Assembly: GCF_902713615.1 (NCBI RefSeq)
Contig: NW_024055473.1
Location: 470,610 to 534,609 of the forward strand
Direction: 5' to 3'
DNA length: 64,000 nt
Source of the DNA: Scyliorhinus canicula
Lineage: Eukaryota
Shown here: piece after piece, positions 50,331 through 61,430 of the stretch
Layout: every line of letters starts with the position of its first letter
Numbering within the stretch: the stretch's first letter is position 1
Notes under the pieces: model-generated
Told to the model about the DNA's origin: nothing
Seen by the model: only the letters and a program-made list of their open reading frames with translations
The model's database searches: none
Position numbers and translations under genes: made by a program

Positions 50331-51464
50331 GTCTCACTGAATGACAAATGCAGCAACTTAAATCACTTTCGAGGGTTTTCACACAATAACATCTCCCAAG
50401 GGGTGTCACAGGAACTATGAACATATTCGGTCATATGATCACAAGTTTGGTCAAAGAGTTTGGTTATAAGGATAATTTCAAAGGAACAATGACTGTCCTT
50501 CCTATGAGGCACATAGATGGGAAGAAACGTTTCATCTTAGTAGTTAACCAATGGGCGTAGATTAAAGATAAGTAGTTGGAGATTTCGAGGGGATTTGAGG
50601 AAGAAAGTTGTCATCCAGCCGGTGGTGGGAATCTGGAACTCACTGCATTCACCTCCGACTTTAACCACTCCACCAACGCTGTCCGTGCCTTCAGCTGCCT
50701 GGACACAAAGCTCTGAAATTTCCTCGCTAGACGTTTTCACCTTTCCACTTAGAGTCAAAGAGCAATACGCCTTTACAGCTCAAGAGGAGGCCCTCCGGCC
50801 CAGTGTGCATGCGCTGGCCATCAAGCACCGTTCTATCCTAATTCAATTAACCAGCAGTTGGCCCATAGCCTTGTATGCTCTGGCGTTTGAAGTGCTTATT
50901 GAAATGCTTCTTAAATGTTATGAGCCTTCCCGCCTCTACCACCCCTTTATGCAGTGAGTTCCAGATTCCCATCACCCTCTGGGTAAAATTGTTTCCTCAA
51001 ATCTCCTCTAAATCCTTCCCCTTAACTTAAATCTCTGTCCCTGGTTATTGACCCATGTACTAAGTTCCTTCCTATCTACCCTATCTATGCCCCTCATCAT
51101 TTTGTGACATAAATATCAACATTAAGGAAGACGGTTTCCAAACAGCTGCAATTTAGATTTCTGGGACGCATTTGTGGCTCTGTATGTATTTCGGTAAATC
51201 CTTAATCAACTCAACATCCGAATTCTCAGCTTTGACGAAGAGTCACTCAGACTCGAAACGTTGGCTCCCTTCTCCCTCCACAGATGCTGCCAGACCTGCT
51301 GAGATTGTCCAGGTTTTCAGATTCCAGCAATAATTTGCTTTTATTGACATCGATCGACAAGTCGATTTGTATTCAAGCCCAAACCCGGCATCATCTGCTC
51401 CCCATGCCACAGACTGATAGTGCCAGCCGTGTTGTGAGGTGAATCTCTGCTATTGTACATTTCA

Positions 51465-54440
51465 TAACATAAGAACATAAGAACATAAGAACTAGGAGCA
51501 GGAGTAGGCCACCTGGCCCCTCGAGCCTGCTCCGCCATTAAATTAGATCATGGCTGATCTTTTGTGGACTCAGCTCCACTTTCCGGCCCGAACACTATAA
51601 CCCTTAATCCCTTTATTCTTCAAAAAACTATCTATCTTTACCTTAAAAACATGTAATGAAGGAGCCTCAACTGCTTCACTGGGCAAGGAATTCCATAGAT
51701 TCACAACCCTTTGGGTGAAGAAGTTCCTCCTAAATTCAGTCCTAAATCTACTTCCCCTTATTTTGAGGCTATGTCCCCTAGTTCTGCTGTCACCCGTCAG
51801 TGGAAACAACCTGCCCGCATCTATCCTATCTATTCCCTTCATAATTTTAAATGTTTCTATTAGATCCCCCCTCATCCTTCTAAATTCCAACGAGTACAGT
51901 CCCAGTCTACTCAACCTCTCCTCGTAATCCAACCCCTTCAGCTCTGGGATTAACCTAGTGAATCTCCTCTGCACACCCTCCAGCGCCAGTACGTCCTTTC
52001 TCAAGTAAGGAGACCAAAACTGAACACAATACTCCAGGTGTGGCCGCACTAACACCTTATACAATTGCAACATAACCTCCCTAGTCTTAAACTCCATCCC
52101 TCTAGCAATGAAGGACAAAATTCCATTTGCCTTCTTAATCGCCTGTTGCACTTGTAAACCAACCTTCTGTGACTCATGCACTAGCACACCCAAGTCTCTC
52201 TGAACAGCGGCATGCTTTAATATTTTATCGTTTAAATAATAATCCCGTTTGCTGTTATTCCTACCAAAATGGATAACCTCACATTTGTCAACATTGTATT
52301 CCATCTGCCAGACCCGAGCCCATTCACTTAACCTATCCAAATCCCTCTGCAGACTTCCAGTATCCTCTGCACTTTTCGCTTTACCACTCAACTTAGTACC
52401 ATCTGCAAACTTGGACACATTGCCCTTGGTCCCCAACTCCAAATCATCTATGTAAATTGTGAACAATTGTGGACCCAACACGGATCCCTGAGGGACACCA
52501 CTAGCTACTGATTGCCAACCAGAGAAACACCCATTTATCCCAACTCTTTGCTTTCTATTAATTAACCAATCCTCTATCCATGCTACTACTTTACCCTTAA
52601 TGCCATGCATCTTTATCTTATGCAGCAACCTTTTGTGTGGCACCTTGTCAAAGGCTTTCTGGAAATCCAGATATACCACATCCATCGGCTCTCCGTTATC
52701 TACTGCACTGGTAATGTCCTCAAAACATTCCACTAAATTAGTTAGGCATGACCTGCCTTTTACGAACCCATGCTGCGTCTGCCCAATGGGACAGTTTCTA
52801 TCCAGATGCCTCGCAATTTCTTCCTTGATGATAGATTCCAGCATCTTCCCTACTCCTGAAGTTAAGCTCACTGGCCTATAATTTCCTGCTTTCTGCCTAC
52901 CTCCTTTTTTAAACAGTGGCGTCACGTTTGCTAATTTCCAATCCACCGGGACCACCCCAGCGTCTAGTGAATTTCGGTAAATTATCACTAGTGCGTCTGC
53001 AATTTCCCTAACCTTCTCTTTTAGCACTCTGGGATGCATTCCATCAGGGCCAGGAGACTTGTCTGCCTTTAGCCCCATTAGCTTGCCCATCACTCCCTCC
53101 TTAGTGATAACAATCCTCTCAAGGTCCTCACCTGTCATAGCCTCATTTCTATCAGTCGCTGGCATGTTATTTGTGTCTTCCACTGTGAAGACCGACCCAA
53201 AAAACCTGTTCAGTTCCTCAGCCATTTCCTCATCTCCCATTATTAAAACTCCCTTCTCATCCTCTAAAGGACCAATATTTACCTTAGCCACTCTTTTTTG
53301 TCTTATATATTTGTAAAAACTTTTACTGTCTGTTTTTATATTCTGAGCAAGTTTACTCTCATACTCTATCTTACTCTTCTTTATAGCTTTTTTAGTAGCT
53401 TTCTGTTGCCCCCTAAAGATTTCCCAGTCCTCTAATCTCCCAGTAATCTTTGCCACTTTATATGATTTTTCCTTCAGTTTGATACTCTCCCTTATTTCCT
53501 TAGATATCCACGGTCGATTTTCCCTCTTTCTTCCGTCCTTCCTTTTTGTTGGTATAAACCTTTGCTGAGCACTGTGAAAAATCGCTTGGAAGGTTCTCCA
53601 CTGTTCCTCAACTGTTCCACCATAAAGTCTTAGCTCCCAGTCTACCTTAGCTAGTTCTTCTCTCATCCCCTTGTAATCTCCTTTGTTTAAACACAAAACA
53701 CTAGTATTTGATTTTACTTTCTCACCCTCCATCTGTATTTTAAATTCCACCATATTGTGATCGCTCCTTCCGAGAGGATCCCTAACTATGAGATCATGAA
53801 TCAATCCTGTCTCATTACACAGGACAAGATCTAGGACCGCTTGTTCCCTCGTAGGTTCCATTACATACTGTTCTAGGAAACTATCGCAGATACATTCTAT
53901 AAACTCCTCCTCAAGGTTGCCTTGACCGACCTGGTTAAACCAATCGACATGTAGATTAAAATCCCCCATGATAACTGCCGTACCATTTCTACATGCGTCA
54001 GTTATTTCTTTGTTTATTGCCTGCCCCACCATATCGTTACTATTTGGTGGCCGATAGACTACTCCTATCAGTGACTTTTTCGCCTTACTATTCCTGATTT
54101 CCACCCAAATGGATTCAACCTTATCCTCCATAGCACCGATGTCATCCCTTACTATTGCCCGGATGTCATCCTTAAATAACAGCGCAACACCACCTCCCTT
54201 ACCATCCACTCTGTCCTTCCGAATAGTTTGATACCCTCGGATATTTAACTCCCAGTCGTGACCATCCTTTAACCATGTTTCAGTAATGGCCACTAAATCA
54301 TAGTCATTTACGATGATTTGTGCCATCAACTCATTTACTTTATTCCGAATACTCCGAGCATTCAGGTAAAGTACACTTATGTTGTTTTTTTACCTCTGTT
54401 TTGAATCTTAACATCTCCAGTTTTATTCCTTTTGTTATTC
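51465..54440 (-). mobile_element. CR1 LINE, 5'-truncated, uninterrupted ORF2 (51570-54329, 919 aa)
   Basis: Near-identical and colinear with 2725-5495; includes the AITETW endonuclease motif; (ATAAGAAC)n tail. Confidence 0.95.
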
Positions 54441-54599
54441 ATGTGTTAAGTATCAGAGGAATTATTATTTTTGGTTCATCGCGAATCGCTCTTGAGGGGG
54501 CAGTTAAGAGTCAACCCCATATCATTACTCTCGGTGTCTGCATTGCTAATCCAATGACAATACCACTTTGCCAGCGCCTCCCCCTGATCCATTCTGCAT

Positions 54600-54805
54600 T
54601 TCGTTACATACCGGGTGCCGAGGAGTCGGTGTCCCTGGGCTCAGCTGAGTTAAGGCTTCTGGAAGAACAGTCCGTACTTTTCGGCTATACTAACTCCACA
54701 TGTGAGATCTTCCCTCTGCTGCGGGGTGGATATTCCGGGGTTAATGTCACTGTATATATCGCAGCACGAAAAGCCACAACAATCTCCAAACTGCTCCTTC
54801 GTTGA
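54600..54805 (+). pseudogene. Family A-like V relic
   Basis: PGAEESVSLGSAELRLLEEQSV aligns to GEEAVFQDRSELKVPEGQNV; C23 and W41 are lost. Confidence 0.5.
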
Positions 54806-54924
54806 TCGGCACAAGGGTGGAAGCATTAAAAAAAGCCTGGCAAATACACCTAACAGCGTTCGATCGGCGGGGATCAAATCCTTCGCGCAGAAGGAACCTT
54901 AGTGAAGCTGTACAGACTCGCTGT

Positions 54925-55460
54925 GGTTTCTGTACGGTGCTCGAGCTGCTATCTAACGCTGTGCCTCACTGCACAGTGATAGAGCGCCCCGTCCTCCACA
55001 CTGAGGGCGCTGATATTGAGGGAACCTTTCTGTTTGGACTTGTCAGCAACCGCCTGATATCGTCCTGAAACTGTTTCTTTCTTCAATGCTAGAGTGTTAG
55101 CGATGATCCATCTCGGTTGTTGTGCCGGTTTCTGCTGATACCATTGCATGAAGTACATACTCTTGTCCGTATAGTCACAATTCAACAGCACCGAATCTCC
55201 TTCCGATGCGGTTATTATCACCGGTGTCTGAGTTACTGGATCTGCGCACAGTCCGCCTGTGAAGGTAGAGGAATTAAATATCAACTGATGCAAATTTGCC
55301 TGTATCTGAGAGAGTTTGTGAAACCTCCCAACTGCGCATCATATCGATATTTTCGAGCGCAATTATATTGCCATCGATCTGTTTTAATATGCTAATCTGC
55401 CTCGGTGGTTACTATCCAGGACTTACCCTGCCACAGCGCCGCCAGTATTATCAGAAACAT
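54925..55460 (-). CDS. TRAV: TCR alpha V segment, family C, intact
   Basis: Leader 55427-55460 (MFLIILAALWQ), V exon 54964-55256 (LNC..QWYQQ..LYHCAVR). RSS CACAGCG-23-ACAGAAACC. Confidence 0.92.
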
Positions 55461-55489
55461 GTCAGACTGAATCTCTTTCAGAGATTGTG

Positions 55490-55663
55490 AAGGAGAGGGA
55501 GCCCCGGGTCTGCTCAACTCATTGAGGGGGCAGAGGCGTTAGAGTGCAGGAGGGAGGGGGTGGGGCTATTATGACCTCACTGGTCCCCCAGCCAAACAGG
55601 CTTCAAAGAAAACATCACGTTGGTTTATGACGCCCGTGGTTGAATTCGGCGCCCTCTGCTGGC
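55490..55663 (-). promoter_or_regulatory. Family C promoter with CRE-like element and CTCF-like site
   Basis: TGACCTCACT at 55572-55581; GCCAGCAGAGGGCGCC on minus at 55648-55663. Confidence 0.72.
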
Positions 55664-55864
55664 AAATTCTGTTAAATCGAATTTTCCTATTGAATGGGTT
55701 CAGGGTTTGCTGCAAAACATTCCAAGATTCGAATGTGACCCAAAAATCTAAATTTGAGCTGCTCAGATACTGTCTTTGTTACTGTTAATGTTTATGCCTG
55801 AAAACTATGCTAAATCTCCGGAAACCATCGGTGGAATCTTCTGTCTCAACCCAGGGTATGTCAA

Positions 55865-55940
55865 ATATTCAAAGGACAAGACGACCGAGCTAACGATCAG
55901 GAACACAATGATTTCTGACAGCGCCGTGTATGTATGTGGG
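55865..55940 (+). pseudogene. Family D FR3 fragment followed by a SINE (55945-56250)
   Basis: KDKTTELTIRNTMISDSAVYVC matches family D FR3. Confidence 0.75.
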
Positions 55941-56309
55941 TGGCATTGTAGCACAGTGATTAGCACAATGGATTCACAGCTTCAGGCTCCCAGGTTCTAT
56001 TCCCGGTTGGGTCACTGTCTGTGCGGAGTCTGCACGTTCTCTCCGTGTAGGCGTCGGTTTCTTCCGGGTGCTCTGGTTTCCCCAAGAATTCAAAGATGTG
56101 CACGTTAGGTGCATTAGCCACGCTAAATGCTCACAAATGTTGTGTGGGGATGAGGTGGAGGTGTGGGCTTGGGTGGAATGCTTTTTTCGGGGGCTATTGC
56201 CAACTCAATGGGCCGGGTGGCCTGCTTCTGCACTGTAGATCCTATGATTGTAGGGAGGGTCAGTTGTATCAGATCCCTTCTCGCTGGAGGGAAGTGTCTT
56301 CCCTCTATA

Positions 56310-57110
56310 TTGTTCTCAGTGACTTGAGCAGTGAGCAGGTGCAGGATGGTCAACTGTCGCTATTTCCCCTCCCTCACTTGCGACAGCAGCTGATAACCGC
56401 CGCACATTTTGTATCAGCTTTGAATCTGCGGTGTCCCCAGTCACAGTTTCCGTTTGTTTCTCTCGCTCGAACACCATTGTGATATTCTAGACATTGCTGT
56501 CGCTGCTCGATTCCTGTCATTGGTTTGAGCAGCCGTGCAGTGGCTCCTGAATCTGTATTTCTGCTCTGACAGGTAATTTCCATTCACCTGAAGAAGGAGC
56601 CGTGCTCCGAAAGCTCGTGTTTGAAACAAACCTGTTGGACTTTAACCTGGTGTTGTAAAACTTCTTACTGAGGTAATTTCCTGACAGCATCTAATTCAGG
56701 AATTATCGAGGGAATCGCCTCTCAGATCTCCTCAACATCATCTCACTTCTCGGTATTTCCCTCATTGCAAACTCCCCATTCTCCCCTCACTGTGTAACCT
56801 GATATCACTGATAATTAAATAATAATAATAATAATGATGGGGGTGGCCGTTATGTTGGTCAATATGAGGCTGATGCTGAATTTTATATTTTCTTTTGGTT
56901 TCTGTCAGACTAGAGCCACCAGGACCCAGGGGAACAGCGGGGAGGCTGGAATAAGGGTCGAAGAGGACAGTGACGTCGCTCAACAGTTCAGTCAATACAA
57001 TAGATCCTGACCGATACAGGCAGCAGCCTGCACCGTTCATGTTTCATCTGATGGGACGGAATCCGTGCAGCAGAAAGGTATAGATGATCTTACTATGCCT
57101 CGCATACAGA
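56310..57110 (+). pseudogene. Family D V pseudogene with its promoter
   Basis: Promoter block 56310-56570, leader without ATG, exon from 56909 with TGG to TAG; paralog of 31420-32439. Confidence 0.75.
56582..56670 (+). mobile_element. 89-bp insertion carrying a minimal hammerhead motif
   Basis: 11-bp TSD AGGTAATTTCC (56571-56581 / 56671-56681); core identical to 31954-31988. Confidence 0.78.
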
Positions 57111-57542
57111 TAAATACTTAAGTACATCTTGTTATCGACCGAAGTACAGCACAGCTGTCTGACCGCATGAAGAGGAAGGATCTACAATGGTGTAGACGAC
57201 TCAATGTAGCAGCAGGATCGGGGTACTGACGATCAGAACAGACTCTGTTCATTTCAGCAGAGACGGCCAATCCTCTGACGACCAGAGGCACTCGGGTGAA
57301 AGGCAGCGTCAGTAATATTGGACCCCCCACCCCGTGACAGTGCAGCAAAAATCTGTACGGATGATACAAATACAAGGCTGTGGCGGTCCCGGGCCTTCAT
57401 GACTTGTAGTTTTTAGCGCTCACCGTGAGCCGCGCCTCTCTGAAGCAAGTCCCGTATCTGAGTGACTCTCTAGCTAGCAGCAGGCAATAGATGTGTTTTC
57501 GATCGAAGAATCGATTTTCTAATGAAGCCCAAAGCAGACACC

Positions 57543-57883
57543 ATGGTCCTACATGATAATAATACTCGTGTTGCTCTGTGATGTCTGTTGAATTTCTTAT
57601 TCTGAATTTCCTGTGTTAAATACAACAGCAGAGTTTGACACATTCTCTGTTTTATTCCAGGGCAGGCTCAGTGGGATTGGGCTCATCTGAGTTAACGGTT
57701 CTGGAAGAGCAAACAATAATTTCCGGCTGTATTATTTCCACATCTGAGAGCTGTTATTACCGCTGCTGGTACCCGGGTATTCCACGTTTTAATTTACCAT
57801 GTACATTGCGGCATGGAAATGAGTCGCGTGATTTCCAAATTGCTCATCTGTTCACCCGCAGAAGAGCAGAGACACCAATATAA
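57543..57883 (+). pseudogene. Family A-like V relic (leader remnant plus exon)
   Basis: gacaccATG..ATAATAATACTCGTGTTGCTC, ttccag acceptor, SSELTVLEEQTIISGC. Confidence 0.6.
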
Positions 57884-57987
57884 CTGTCTGATAAATAGAA
57901 CTAACTGTGTTCGTGAATCCGGGATTAAACAATTCCCGCAGACAGGAGCAGCAAAGCAGATTTAGTGAAGCTGTGACTACTCGCCGA

Positions 57988-58706
57988 GGTTTTTGTACGG
58001 GGCACCAGCTGCTATCTAACGCTGTGCCTCACTGCACAGTAATAGACCGCCCCGTCATCCACACTGAGGCCGCTTATATTGAGATAACCGTTCTGTTTAG
58101 ACTTGTCAGCAGCCGCCAGATATCGTCCTGAAACTTCATCTTCCTTCAGAGAAAATGCATTGGTAATTATCCAGATTGGTCGCTGTGCCGCTTTCTTATG
58201 ATACCATTGCATGTACAGCATATTCGAGTCTGCATATTCACAATCCAGCCGCACCGAACCCCCTTCTGACACGGTGTCTGTCACCGGTGATTGAGTTACT
58301 GGATCTGCGCTTAGCCCGCCTGTAAAGGGAGAGAAATGAAATATCAATAGTTTAAACATAATTCACCTAAATTAGCGGCTGGTTTAGCGCAGGGCTAAAT
58401 CGCTGGCTTTGAAAGCAGACCAAGACAGGCCAGCAGCACGGTTCAATTCCCGTACCAGCCTCCCTGAACAGGCGCTGGAATGTGGCTTCTCACAGTAACT
58501 TTATTTGAAGCCTACTTGCGACAATAAGCGATTTTCATTTATTTTCCTATATCTGTGAGTTTGCGGAAAATAAACCCTCATCACGTGGATATTTCTGATC
58601 GTTAATTCTATTCAATGTTATTGCAATCTATCACCCGCTAATCTGGCTTGATGAACATTATCCATTACTTACCGTCCAACAACGCCGCCAGTATTAACAG
58701 AAACAT
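57988..58706 (-). CDS. TRAV: TCR alpha V segment, family C, intact (SINE in intron at 58372-58545)
   Basis: Leader 58673-58706 (MFLLILAALLD), V exon 58027-58319 (LDC..QWY..AVYYCAVR). RSS CACAGCG-23-ACAAAAACC. Confidence 0.93.
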
Positions 58707-58749
58707 GTCTGACTGAGAGAATAGGAATGGGATGAGCCAGAGACTGAGG

Positions 58750-58909
58750 AGAGAGGGAACCCGGGCTCTGTTTAGCTCAATGTTCCACCACACACTGCAG
58801 GGGGCCATGCCCTTTGTGACATCACTCAGACCACGACGTCTATTGGTTTTGGCGATGCCGTCACGGAACTTCATCATCCCCATGTTTGAAGGTGGCGCCC
58901 TCTGGTGCT
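58750..58909 (-). promoter_or_regulatory. Family C promoter with decamer and CTCF-like site
   Basis: TGACATCACT at 58817-58826; GCACCAGAGGGCGCC on minus at about 58894-58909. Confidence 0.72.
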
Positions 58910-59700
58910 GGAGTAGTTTTGTTCCTGTTTAAATGCAGCCACTGAATGGATTGAGGGTGTATTGAAATACACAAGAAGACATTAATGTTTCCCAGAATTT
59001 TAAACTGGATCTGGTAGGGCATAGGTTTTACTACTGTTGATGTTTGTGTCAGAAAGGGACACTAAATTGATGAAATCTTTGCTCTCCCGTTTCTTTCCAA
59101 ACCCTGTGCACGACAAATGAGAAGTAGTGATAGGACGTTGGAGAAAGTGTGGATGTTATATATTTAAAGATTAACAGGGACAGGCCCGTTTATGCCAAGA
59201 CCAGAGAACCTTGGGTTCATTTGCTTGTAACAATAGAGGTAGACAGAAGATTCAAATCGTTTTGCTGTAATTGTTCCCATTAGTTGGTTTTGACAATGCC
59301 GTAACGGAACTTCATCATCCCCATGTTTGAAGGTGGCGCCCCCTGTTGCCGGAGTAGTTTCATTCCTGTGGAATGCAGCCACTGAATGCATCCAGGGCGT
59401 ATTGAAATACAGAGGAAGACACGAATGTTTCCCAGAAATCTAAACTGGATCTGCTACGAAACAGTTTTTATTACTGTTGATGTTTATGTCAGAAAGGGCT
59501 ATTAATCGATTAAATATGTGTTGGCCGTTACTTTACAAATCCTGCACAACAAATGAGAAGTAGTGTTAGGACGTTGGAGAAAGTGCGGATGTCATACATT
59601 TAAATGTTGCTAGGGACGAGGGCCGTTTATGCAAAAGACCCAGAGAACTTTCGCTTCATTTGCCTGTCACAAAGGAAGTAGAAGGAAGACTCATTAGTTT
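58855..59700. repeat. Tandem duplication of about 440 bp, including a second CTCF-like site (59335-59350)
   Basis: acggaacttcatcatccccatgtttgaaggtggcgcc at 58863 and 59304. Confidence 0.85.
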
Positions 59701-60059
59701 TGCTGAAAAGATATGCCTTTCCAATAGCGTAGAGCGTCTGTAATTCTTCCCATTAGCAGCAGTTCCAATAACAAATCATCCCGATTTGATAGAAAAATAT
59801 GACAGAGAATGATGTATTTATTCATAATATTCCGATTTGCTAACATCTACAACACAACGAGAAAATGATGAAAGAAGATTCCGTAACAACTGCCAAAAGG
59901 TGACTGTCATAATCTGAAAAGGGAAAGCAATATGGAAAATGTGAGGTGGGCAAAACGATTGGGACAGCATTTTCCAATTGGCACGTGCACGGTAAGCCGA
60001 ATGCTCATTCCGTTCCCTAATTTTCTATGCTTTTGGGCGATTCATGCCAGTCCCCCACT

Positions 60060-60420
60060 AATTGTTCTCACTCACTTGAGCAGTGAGCAGGTGCCGGAAG
60101 GTCACAGGATTGAACCGTCGCTATTTCCGCTCCGGCAATCCCGACTGCAGCTGATACCAGCCGCACAGCCTGACTTGTTTAGAATCTGCGGTGTCCCGGG
60201 GAGCAGCTTCCGTTTGCTGTTCCCATTTTCATTCTGAAACGATTGTGCTGTTGGGGACATTGCTGCACATGCCCCATTCGTGGCATCGGATAGGCCAGCA
60301 ATGCTGATCGGTCTGGGAGTTTGTATTTCTGCTCCAGCTGATCAGTTCCTCCACTGAAGAGGGACTAATTCAGGATCCTCCTGGTTCCACTCCTCAACAT
60401 GATCTGACTTCTCAGAAAAT
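60060..60420 (+). promoter_or_regulatory. Orphan family D promoter block plus leader remnant; no V exon follows
   Basis: gagcaggtg, cgctatttccgc, gctgata, ctgcggtg and cagcttccg motifs occur in the same order as at 21740. Confidence 0.65.
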
Positions 60421-61286
60421 AATTCCCTCACTTTAAAACTCCATTCTTCTCTGACTGATCTCCCCCCCCCCCCCCCCCCCCCAAATATCACTGATTCTAC
60501 TTGTTTGTCCAACAATCCCATTTTCCTCAAACCTGTGGGGCACTCCGTATTTCATTTCTACTTTTGTAATTTACCACAATTTCCTCTTCAGTTACCTCAC
60601 TGCCTGCCTATTACCCCTCCTATTTAGACCGTAGACAGTTAGTATGGCCAGTGAGAAGCTCTTCTCCTCAGAAACTCCGGAATTAGCAACACAACAACAT
60701 CGGCTTTTCTCATCACTCCTTCCGCGCAATAGACTAACCCCCAAAGGGGAATGTATATGCCCTGGTCTTAAAAACACGATGGCATTGATATTCCGCCTAA
60801 GAACCCTGAGATATTTGTTTTTAAGTATCTTTTGGTCCTCTCTATATTATATGAAACTAACCATATAAGAAATAACATCGAGCGCAGATTAGTTGACCCT
60901 TCGAACATTCAGTATGTTCACAGTTGATCAGATTGCGGCCGTATGTCCAATTTCCTGTCTACCCTTCAGAAACGGGAACTCGCTTGAAAATCAGAAGCTT
61001 GCAACCGCATTTTTTTTCAATGAGGAACAGTTGAAAATATCCACCTTGAAAAAGTGTTTATGACGGGAAGTGAGAAAGCACAGTCCCTGAATTCAGTTTC
61101 TCGCATCATCCTCAGGACTTTTTCGCCTGGTTTGGAACCATTTGCCAATGTCTCTGACATGCTGCTGGATCCAATTAACGAATTATCTGCATTCAGTCAT
61201 GCCTTATTAGTAACTGTGTAATTTGTTATGAAATGTATATCGAAAGCTATCACTCGATTACAATAATGGTCTGTCTACCAATGTTT

Positions 61287-61430
61287 GCTTTGTGTGTGTG
61301 TGTGCGTGTGTGAATGTGTGTGTGTGTGTGTGTGTGCATGTGTGTTTCTGTTTGTGTGAGTGATTGTATGTGCCTGTTTAATTATGTGTGTGCTTGTGTG
61401 TGTGTGCTGTGTATGCGTGCGTGCATGTGT
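61287..61430. repeat. (TG)n-rich microsatellite
   Basis: Visible dinucleotide run. Confidence 0.9.

Noticed and set aside
55288-55295. Octamer ATGCAAAT
   Set aside because: It lies in the leader intron and is absent from the paralogous V, so it is not an Ig-type promoter octamer.
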